NCBI GenBank assembly: GCA_964016885.1
Contig: OZ024740.1
Coordinates: 258,540,001 to 258,604,000 of the forward strand
Length of the DNA: 64,000 nt
Direction: 5' to 3'
From: Eledone cirrhosa
Taxonomy: Eukaryota
The notes below the pieces were generated by a model, which worked only from the letters and a program-made list of their open reading frames with translations, had not been told where the DNA came from and did not search any database. The stretch's first letter is position 1. Every line of letters begins with the position of its first letter. Shown here piece by piece: positions 53,645 through 64,000 of the stretch. Position numbers and translations under genes: made by a program.

Positions 53645-53872
53645 AGAAATGTAAGCTTTCGCCGTATTTTGACTAAAGAAATTAAAGAAATTATTTAGCC
53701 TGATAGTGGGGTTAAGAACCCTCGGAGAAATTGAAATAGTTGAGTATTGACGTACATGTACGTCAATACTCATCTTTTTCCATTTCTCCGAGGGTTCTTA
53801 ACCCCACTATCAGGCTAAATAATTTCTTTAATTTCTTTAGTCAAAATACGGCGATAGCTTACATTTCTAATA
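53638..53872. repeat. ~235-bp near-perfect palindrome centred on GACGTACATGTACGTC
   Basis: TATTAGAAATGTAAGCT..CCTGATAGTGGGGTTAAGAACCCTCGGAGAAAT versus ATTTCTCCGAGGGTTCTTAACCCCACTATCAGG..AGCTTACATTTCTAATA. Confidence 0.9.
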
Positions 53873-54040
53873 ATTTCAAACCCACTCGCTGTTTCGAAAA
53901 TATTCTTACTTGATATATATATATAATAATAATAATAATAATAAATGTGAAGACTAAATCCAAAGAGGGCTCGATAAGGATAAATATATATCAGATATAT
54001 AAGAACATATATATGTAAATACATATTTACATATATATAT

Positions 54041-54137
<97 letters not shown>

Positions 54138-54220
54138 CACATATATATATACATATATACATATATATATACATATATATATATATACATATATATACAT
54201 ATATACATATATAAATATAA

Positions 54221-54293
<73 letters not shown>

Positions 54294-54484
54294 CAATATA
54301 ATATAATACATACCATCTCTATGATATTGTTATTCACAGAAGTCTTATATTCCACAATCAGATTTAATGATCTGAAATTTGAAATATACAGTAAATAACA
54401 TTGGGAATATAAAGAAATATATATTCTATTCAAAAACACATACACGCACAGACTCACAATTTTGCACACACAATCATGCCTATT

Positions 54485-54498
54485 TACATGCATATAAA

Positions 54499-54534
<36 letters not shown>

Positions 54535-54703
54535 TTTATATACATATATATATCTGTATATGCATATATATATATATATATATATGTCTTTATATACATA
54601 TATATATCTGTATATGCATATATATATATATATATATATATGCATATAAAGACATATATATATATATATATATATGTCTTTATATACATATATATATATA
54701 TCT

Positions 54704-54735
<32 letters not shown>

Positions 54736-54825
54736 GCATATAAAGACATATATATATATATATATATATGTCTTTATATACATATATATATATATCTTTA
54801 TATGCATATATATATATATATGTGT
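54485..54825. repeat. Compound minisatellite ATGCATATAAAGAC(AT)nGTCTTTATATACAT
   Basis: About three units, each a local hairpin around (AT)n. Confidence 0.75.
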
Positions 54826-54844
54826 GTACAGAGATATACGATAC

Positions 54845-54913
<69 letters not shown>

Positions 54914-55016
54914 AACACACTCACACACTTACATATATATATGTATATACATATATAAATATATATTTCGATATATATATATTTATATATATATATATTA
55001 TATATATATATACCCG

Positions 55017-55057
<41 letters not shown>

Positions 55058-55214
55058 ATGTATATATATATATATATTATACATACATAACATATATATC
55101 ATATATATGTATATATATAGAAATGCATACATATATGTATATATATATGTAAGCGTGTGTGGGGGGGGTTGAGAGAGAGCCTGTGTGTGTGTATGTGTAT
55201 ACATATGTACGTAT

Positions 55215-55333
55215 GTACATATAAATATATAAATATACATATAAATATATAAATGTACATATAAATATATAAATGTACATATAAATATATAAATGTACAT
55301 ATAAATATATAAATGTACATATAAATATATAAA
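55215..55333. repeat. 20-bp minisatellite (ACATATAAATATATAAATGT) x ~6
   Basis: Read directly. Confidence 0.85.
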
Positions 55334-55596
55334 TTTGTGAAAACTTTTCATTGAAGTTGAGAAGGGAAAAAATTTCCAACATTTGAAAAGTCGAAAATAA
55401 AGTTGCAAACTGGAAAGATAACGAATTATATAGCTTAAATTATATACTTACATATACGTATATATGAATATATGTGTATGTTTGTGCGTGTGTGTATGTC
55501 AATATGTATCTATGTATATACATATATACACACACACAAATATATTTTTTTATACGTATATACATATTTATACGTATATACACATGCAAACATGTA

Positions 55597-55663
<67 letters not shown>

Positions 55664-56869
55664 TTATACATAATATTCGTATTGATATTATAGTTATGAT
55701 ATTAATGGTATATTTATTTACATGCTGTTCTATAGCTCGATAGAGGTCATGCAGGGCTGTTATACATTAATATTTAAATGACACCAAAGATTTAAAACAT
55801 TTTTACAGACAGCCGTTTCTGCATGTGTAACAATTTCAGGTTTCTTCGGAGTTTATTACAATCTTTATTATTAATTCACAGATTAAAACAATTGGAACAT
55901 CGAATACATAAAATCCTCCTACAAAATACGAAAGTTTCAAAAAACTGTTCAAAATGGCGATGAGATAGAAATGTATGTTAAGTTGTATTACGTATAGAAG
56001 TAGTGTTATTTAAAGGTTCAGATTTTGCTATACATTATTAATAAGAGTTGTATATACCATTGGTATATCCGTAAATATATAACATAAGGAGTGCAATATA
56101 CATTCTTATATGTTTGTTTTAATGTGTTGCTGAGCACAAACATTGGATACATATTTAATAACATATACACCCGTGTATATTTAATGCGGAGATTTTAAGT
56201 TATTCCATGTAATGATACTCAGACGATCCTAAAAACGAACTTATTTTTTTTAAATAATTAAAATAATAAAAATTAATTATTTCTGTTTTAAGGTTGTATT
56301 TACTATTACCACAATAAGCAAGTTATCTTAGTAATATTTATTTTAACTAGATAAATGTGTGTATTTACAGCGAGGGTTATATTTTTACGAGTGTTGTATA
56401 CATAGGTAGTAACTGTACGTACAATTATAAATGATGAGAAAACAATAAGACGGAATAAAATATAATAAATAGTTTCTGAGAAGGCCAAAAATGTGTTTAT
56501 AAAGAAATTAGAATGCATGAGTGTATATATATTTATTTATACATATACGAACATTATTATCTATTGTCAATCAATAAATAATTCTTATGGTTATTGCTAT
56601 AAGTTGACATTTCAAATAATTTTATATTGGTAATTGTTTGAATTAATAGTAAACATTTTAATAAACTCCGAACACGTGCAATTGTTACACAGGCAGAAAC
56701 GGCTGCCAGTTTTAAAATGCTTTAAATATTTGGTGCATAGATATTTACATCCATACTTGCATATATATTTATATACATAATTTAAACAAACATACATGTA
56801 TACATACATACATAATGATGGCTGCCCCCTCGTTATCGAGTATGGTCATTGCACGATATAACATTATTA

Positions 56870-57058
56870 AGGTAAATTGGCAGTATCGGTAGAGGGTCGG
56901 ACGCCATGCTTTCCAGCATAGTTACGTCCCTTTATGATCTGAGTTCAAATCCCGCCGAGGTTGACTTTGCCTTTCATCCTTACGGGGTCGATAAAATAAA
57001 ATACCAGTAATGCACTGGGTAATTGCTGGCCTTGTGCCTAAAGTAGAAACAATTATTA
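56870..57058 (+). mobile_element. SINE copy
   Basis: SINE core motifs. Confidence 0.85.
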
Positions 57059-57344
57059 ATAATTATCAATTAATGCTATCATACAATGCCTATGCGTGAA
57101 GATTTTTTTAGAGTGAGAGAAGACTGCACTGAGCCAATCCCATTCTCTGAGCAACAGTAGCTATAACCCGAAAAGAAGAAAAGATCAACATCACCGGTAA
57201 CTACTGAGCCGGAGATATCCCAGTTTCTTGAGTTGTCTTCTCCTAGAAGAATGCCCTGACAAAGATTAGGGGTGCTTCACTCCCAATAGTTTAACCACGT
57301 TATCGGGTATCCAGCCTGATTATTTCTAATACACATACATGCAT

Positions 57345-57509
<165 letters not shown>

Positions 57510-57513
57510 AGTA

Positions 57514-57872
57514 TGACCCCGACGGCAGAGCTCAAGCCGTTGCGACGGCTATTTCTGGATTATATTAGAATTTTAACCTGGTGAATAAATAGCAGAACTT
57601 GTCAAGGGGGTGCTTCCTTATATGGGAAGATTGTAGTTGTCAAGAGGATTGGTTAAAATTTGTTGTAAACACAAATAAGTCTATCATGGCATTTGGTGGG
57701 AGGTAGGGGTGGCTGAACTTGCCTGTAGAACAATAGGGGAGTAAGTGGAGCGGTCAAGCGTTGAAAGTGATATGTATACAGCAGATTCTAAGGATAGTGT
57801 ATGAAGTGGAGGAGGGAGGTTATATAATAGGTAAATCGAATGAGAGTAGGAGACAATAAAAGATAATAGAAA

Positions 57873-57913
<41 letters not shown>

Positions 57914-58695
57914 GAAATTAATTTTAAAAAATCACAATGCTATCTTACAATTACAGGTTAATAAGTTGAGAATAGAATAAACTATAGAAATTGAGTAGTA
58001 CCAGAACTGATACAAAATTAAAGGGGTTAACACGTCTGCTATAAGTAGTTAGTAAAACGTAATCGGCCAATTCTATCTTCTTCCCCTGTCTCATCCTATC
58101 ACTTCCTTCCGCCCTCTATTTTATTCCTCGTCTGCTTTTCCCCTTTCGCCTACCCCGATGCAGCCATGCAGCCCCTGTAATTGTAAGATAGCATTGTGAT
58201 TTTTTTTATTCATTTCTCACTATATATATATATATTTGTTTTCTATTATCTTTTATTGTCTCCTACTCTCATTCGATTTACCTATTATATAACCTCCCTC
58301 CTCCACTTCATACACTATCCTTAGAATCTGCTGTATACATATCACTTTCAACGCTTTACCGCTCCACTCACTCCCCTGTTGTTCTACAGGCAAGTTCAGC
58401 CACCCCTACCTCCCAACAAATGCCATGATAGACTTATTTGTGTTTACAACAAATTTTAACCAATCCTCTTGACAACTACAATCTTCCCATATAAGGAAGT
58501 ACCCCCTTGACAAGTTCGGCTATTTATTCACCAGGCTAAAAATTCTAATTTAGTCCAGAAATAGCCGTCGAAACGGCTTGAGCTCTGCCGTCGGGGTCAT
58601 CCTTTTTCCTATTTCCCACTCTACTACCCTAAGTATTGAGTACTCTGGTGCGTTATGGTCCATCTGGTTCCATACCACAATTCCTTTGTTTTATA
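57514..58695. mobile_element. Inverted pLTR-like pair (57514-57957 / 58174-58600) with hammerheads
   Basis: The arms are reverse complements of ~430 bp, flanked by microsatellites. Confidence 0.82.
58503..58596 (+). ncRNA. Hammerhead ribozyme with U3-A8 core variant (second family)
   Basis: CCCC-TTGACAA-G..CGGCTATTT...AAATAGCCG.C-GAAAC-GGC-TTGAGCTCT-GCC-GTC-GGGG. The mirror copy at 57517-57609 has GCAAC in place of GAAAC. Confidence 0.72.
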
Positions 58696-58699
58696 TATA

Positions 58700-58743
<44 letters not shown>

Positions 58744-58974
58744 CACTTGCATACATGTATATACATATTTACACATTTTTGGATGGCCGTTGACACTTAT
58801 GAATTTTTCCGCCCTTTGTCAGGTTTTGTTTTTTGTCCTGCAGGGTGGCCAAAATCACTCTCCTCACCAAGTAAACTTGGTGGGGTTGCCAGTTTAGTCG
58901 CAGATGATTCGACCATACGACATGTTGTACTGGGTCACATGTTATAAGTAGCACTCAAGAGTGACCCGATATAA

Positions 58975-59087
58975 CATAACATACATACATACATACAAGA
59001 TGGCTGCCCCCATGTTTTCGAGTATGGCCATTGCACAAGGAAAAAATATATATATATATATATATATATACATACATACATACACAT

Positions 59088-59154
<67 letters not shown>

Positions 59155-61470
59155 TAACAATAATAATAATAATAACAACAATAATAATAACGACAACAAC
59201 AACAATAATAATGTACATATATATATATACACACACACGCACACACATAAACATATCTATACACACACACGATAGCAACTAACAGCGCTGCCATCGAATG
59301 TGGCTTTTTAGCCCAGCCAATGATCTAAAATGTCTTGTACAGAGTCGGCAACCAAAACATTCACTGGGAATAGCCGGCTGTAGTTGGAGTTCATGTACTT
59401 TTGCATGTCGCTTGAGCCCTCCTGCTGATTTACATTCTCTACCACATGTTTGGCAAGCATGATGAGTAGCATCTCCAACAGCAGCCTGGTAGTCAACCAC
59501 TGGTCTTACTTTAGGACTGCGAAAATGACTTTCGAGTCCAGCTTTGCTTAGGCAGAGTCTCGCACAGACGCTGCATGTCAGCGCCATAGGAGTAACCTCT
59601 CCGTCTGGAAGTGCAACAGCAATGCCCTTCCTCACATCCCGGTTTACTTTCTCGTATGCGATTCGAGATGCCTCAAAGGCAACTTTTCCCTCATATACAG
59701 TCTTTCTCCATTTATTACGATCAGCAGCAACATTTTCCCATTTATCAGCAGAGATGTTAGCATCTTTCAAAGAGGCTTTCAAGGAATCCTTATACCTCTT
59801 TTTTGGTTTATGTGGTGGTCGTTTTCCTTTAACTAACTCTCCATAAAAGAGTTGTTTTTGTATTCTAGAATCCTTCATCCTGGCAAGGTGACCACTCCAA
59901 CGGAGTCGTTGCTTAAGTACAAGAGCTTCTATACTGTCACACATAGGGCTTTCCAAAATCTCGACATCACTGATGTGGTCCCTCCAGTGAACGCCATGGA
60001 TCCGTCTGAGACACATCTGATGGAAATGCTCCAATTGCTTAAAGTGGTGTCGATATGTGACCCAGGTCTCGCAGGCATAAAGAAGAGAAGAGAACACACA
60101 TGCCTTGTTCACCTTTACCTTCGTCTTTTTGCATATGTCTCGCCGACCCCAGAGTCGCCTTTCTAGCTTTCCGAAAGCATCACTTGCTTTCCTAATCCTA
60201 AATGAGATTTCACTATCAAGGTTGCTGTATCGATTGACAGTGCTTCCCAGTTAGACAAACTGATCAACCACTCCAAGTCGTTTACCATACACATAGATAT
60301 TTGGTTCACTGTACTGCTTACCAAGGGCAGGTTGGTACATGACGACGGTGTTCTTGAGACTGACAGTCAATCCTAAGGCAGTGCAAGCGTCAGAAAATGC
60401 ATTCAAAATGTGCTGCATATCACTCTCTGTGTGCGCTACAAGATCGCAATCATCTGCGTACAAGAGGTCTCTTATGATTGATGTAAATACTTTTGTCTTT
60501 GCAGCAAAGCGCCTGATGTTAATTATGCTGCCTGAGGTTCGATATCGGATGTAAACACCATGCTCGCAATTCCTGAATTCAATACAGAAAACCATTGCAA
60601 AGTATATGGCAAACATGGTCGGTGTTGGAATATCCCCCTGTTTCACTCCATTTTTTACTGAGATAGGCTCCGACATGTTACCTCTGACATTAACCCAAGC
60701 CTTCATGTCGTCATGGAAAGACCTAACTAAAGCAAGGAACTTATCAGGGTAACCAAGTTTCTGGAGAACCTTCCATAATGCATTTCTCTTAACAGTATCG
60801 AAAGCTTTTGTCAGATCGACAAAAACCTGATACAGATCCAAACCTTGTTCCATGCACTTCTCCTGGAGCTGTCTAGCTGAGAAGATCATATCAGTAGTGC
60901 CGCTTCCAGCACAAAAACCAGATTGACTGTCCTGGAAGAACACAATCTGCAATGTGTGTCAGCAGACGGTCCAGAAGCACCCTACATAAAACTTTCCCTA
61001 TGACAGAAAGCAATGATATACCTCTGTAGTTCCCACAATCATTCCTGTTACCCTTTCCCTTGTACAAGACCACCATTACTGCATCTCGCCAGTCCTCAGG
61101 TACGGATTCATTAGCCCATATCCTGCCAAACAAAGAGTGAAGATGTTGCAGGAGTCTCTCACAACCATATTGTAGGAGCTCAGCATGTATGCCATCCATA
61201 CCTGGAGACCTTCCACTGTTCAGCTTCGAGATAGCCACTGCAACCTCCACAAGCGTCGGAGGTTCTGCGAGAGCTACTTTCACAGGACTTTCTGGAATGA
61301 GATTGAGGAAATCTTCATTGACGACAGACGGCTGATTCAAAAGATCAAAGTGCTCTCGCCACCTTCGTAGAATTCCTTGTGAATCACAAAGAAGTTATTT
61401 GCCATCCTTGCTGCGAAGCGGTATGACCAGAGAAGAAGACGGTCCATAAACTTCACGCAAGAGCCTGTAC
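58975..61470 (-). pseudogene. RTE-clade LINE (RT plus C-terminal C2H2 zinc fingers), 5'-truncated and frameshifted, with 3' hairpin and (GTAT)n tail
   Basis: SPGMDGIHAE, NYRGISLLSVIGK, FVDLTKAFDTV, GVKQG, LLYADD, LLYACETW, RLRWSGH; CxxC..HxxxX motifs at the C-terminus. Confidence 0.93.
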
Positions 61471-61479
61471 AACATGCAT

Positions 61480-62012
61480 ACATACATACACACATACATA
61501 CGTACACACGTAGATACATCCATGATGGTTGGCCCCTCGTTATCGAGTATGGCCATTGAACGATAAAAAAAGAAGAAGAAAGAACTCTTATATATATTAT
61601 TAATTAACGGTGCTGCTGTTAAATGTGGCCTTTTTGCCCAGCCAATGATCTAAAATGTCTTGTACAGAGTTGGCAACCATGATAAAATCATTCACCAGCT
61701 GTGGTTTTAATTCATGTACGTTTTCATTTCGTTTGAGCTTTCCTTCTGATCTACACTCTTTTCCACATGCTTCACGAGTATTTATGAGCAATATCTCCGA
61801 CAGCAGCCTGGTAGTCAACCACTGGTCTCACTTTATGACTGTGAAGATGGCTTTTGAGTTCAGCTTTGCTGAAGCAGAGTCTTTCACAGACGCTGCATGT
61901 CAGCGCCATAGGAGGACCTTTGCTGTCTGGAAATGTAACAGCAATGTCTTTCCTGACATCCCTATTTTAATTTCTCGTATGCAATTCAAGAGGCTTCAAA
62001 AGCAACTTTCCC
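61480..62012 (-). pseudogene. Second, short 3' copy of the same RTE family
   Basis: Paralogous to 58975-59700 (GGCCCCTCGTTATCGAGTATGGCCATTG tail; degenerate zinc-finger region); a tail-only copy is at ~56800-56857. Confidence 0.82.
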
Positions 62013-62039
62013 ATACATACATACATGCGTACATACATA

Positions 62040-64000
62040 CATCTAAAACCACGCAATCAAGATACAAACAAAAAGCCTGAACCAGCGTGGATGCGAAATT
62101 TAAAAAGCAAAATTTTATCCCTGAGACGAAGTATCTCACACATCGCAGTCATTATGAAATGCAACATAGAGAGAAATTTCACACGACACCAGGAAGACCT
62201 AAAAAAAAAGTTAGAGAGACGATTTGGAGATACAAAATTTAAAACTTTAAACTCCAAATTACACCAGTTGAAACAACAACTCACAGCTACAACAGAAAGA
62301 CTGAAATATAAGTCCACGGCACATAAAGGACAAGTGCTAAATAGATTGTTTGCCAGAGATCCTAAATCAGTTTAACACAGCTTCGGTGGCAAAAGCTCAA
62401 TCTCTGTAAATGACACCCCTTCAAAAGAACAGGTTGAGAGCTACTGGAGATCTGTATAGGAAATGGATGACGGATTCAAAGACAAACTAATTGGCTGAAA
62501 GAACTGGAACAGGACTACTGCCAACATGTCCAGACAAAACAATATGACATAGATGGGTCAATACTGGAAACAGCTCTACAGAAAATGTCGAATAGGAAAA
62601 CACCAGGCCCAGACCTCATTACAGGATACTGGTTGAAGAATTTCACTTTCTATCGGCAAGATCTCATACGGCTGTTTACAGAAACCATTAAAGGCACACA
62701 AGAGCTGCCCAGATGGTTATCAACTGCCACTACTCTCCTCATTCCCCAAAATAGCCAAACCACCCTTGCTAAAAATTACCGCCCAATAGCCTGCCAAAAC
62801 ATCATGTATAAATTATATACTGGGTGCCTTAACCTGTTCTTACAGGATCACTGTGCTACCAACAACATCATAACACCTGAGCAAGCTGGTGGAAAGAGGG
62901 AGGTGTGGGGTTGCATAGATCACCTACTAACTAATAAAATGATTCAAGAAAAAACAACAAAGAATCGCAGAAACATGACTGTGGTGTGGCTGGACTATCA
63001 AAAAGCATTTGATAGTGTACCTCATGGGTGGATTGTTAAGGCTTTACAGTTAGCCAAAGTCCCACAACCACTGGTAGCTGCTGTTGGACGTCTGACCAAG
63101 AACTGGTACACCAATTTGATCCTTAGAGGTGAGAAGGAGCAAGTTAAGACTGCCAGAAGGGTATCTTTCAGAGTGATAGCTTGCCAGTGCTACTCTTCGT
63201 TCTCTCACTAGATCCACTATCTTACCTACTCAGGAAATAAGGTGGACAAAGAAGTGGGTCCAGAAGTATCTCCCATCTTTTCTTTGTTGATGACCTGAAG
63301 TTGTATGGGCCAAATATCAATGACATCAAGAAACAATTGGACCTCATTACACAATTTTCAACGGACATCAAAATGAAATTTGGTGAGTCCAAGTGTGCAT
63401 ATTTGGCAGTAAAACGTGGAAGAGCTGTCCCCTCCTCTAGGAATCGAGAGATGAACTGACTGACAATACAACCTCTACAATCAGGTGACAACTACAGATA
63501 TCTTGGACAGGATGAGAATGTCAGATATGATGGACCCATAAATAAGGAGAGAACCAGAACTGAATACCTCAGAAGAGTAAAGAAAATATAGTCATCAGAA
63601 CTGTAGCGTACAACAAATACATTGCCCACAATACTTATGCTGTGCTAATTCTAACGCCAACATTTGGCCTGCTGAACTGGTCATTGCAAGAACTAAGTGA
63701 GATGGATGTTAGAACTCGCAAACTTCTCAGTGTTACTAGGAACTTTAACATCAATGGTGATGTGAATAGGCTATACTTCTCACGCAAGGAAGGTGGCTGG
63801 GGTCTAAAATCCATATTAACATCATATGAGACCTGGATAGTAACACTGAAGCAACATCTTCAACAGAGGAAAAAGGTTGGCAACCATCTTGCCCAGGTTT
63901 ATGAGCATGAAAAAAAAATATCATTAGAATAGCCACTGATCTGGAGGAGAGATAAAGAATAAAGCCTGATATAAATCTCTCACCCAGAGAAATCGGAAGA
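62040..64000 (+). pseudogene. R4/Dong-like (restriction-like endonuclease group) non-LTR retrotransposon RT, decayed; runs off the window
   Basis: PAWMRNL, KTPGPDLITGYWLKNF, YRPIACQNIMYKLYT, WLDYQKAFDSVPHGWI, ISHLFFVDDLKLY, YRYLG, RLYFSRKEGGWGL; several stops and frameshifts. Confidence 0.85.

Noticed and set aside
55800-56715. Inverted pair of hammerhead-like motifs (CCGAAGA/CCGAACA...GAAACGGCTG)
   Set aside because: Several core mismatches; too decayed to support.
59279-60112. Host C2H2 zinc-finger gene
   Set aside because: The fingers are in frame with the RTE RT thumb and followed by the LINE tail.

Overview
AT-rich, microsatellite-dense eukaryotic DNA, most likely an intergenic or intronic stretch of a cephalopod (Octopus-like) genome; the taxon is inferred from the dominant tRNA-derived SINE and the repeat content. 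I found no intact host protein-coding gene, and most ORFs in the track are artefacts of (TA)n, (TG)n, (GA)n and (TAA)n repeats. The window is a patchwork of decayed mobile elements: at least six Penelope-like element (PLE) fragments (GIY-YIG/RT; Naiad-, Neptune- and Poseidon-like) with inverted pseudo-LTRs, three stacked Tx1/L1-clade LINEs, RTE-clade LINEs (one with C-terminal C2H2 zinc fingers), an R4/Dong-like RT, CR1 and Tc1/mariner relics, and about 14 SINE copies. The main hidden signal is non-coding. More than 20 type I hammerhead ribozyme (HHR) motifs from several sequence families lie on both strands, nearly all with palindromic stem III. The clearest case is a near-perfect 6.1 x 310-bp tandem array at 41.7-43.6 kb with one minimal HHR per unit, which looks like a non-LTR retrozyme or circRNA-generating locus. 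It is related to a 320-bp unit next to a Naiad-like PLE that instead carries a rare U3-A8 core-variant hammerhead. All ribozyme calls come from manual pairing of the sequence and have not been tested.
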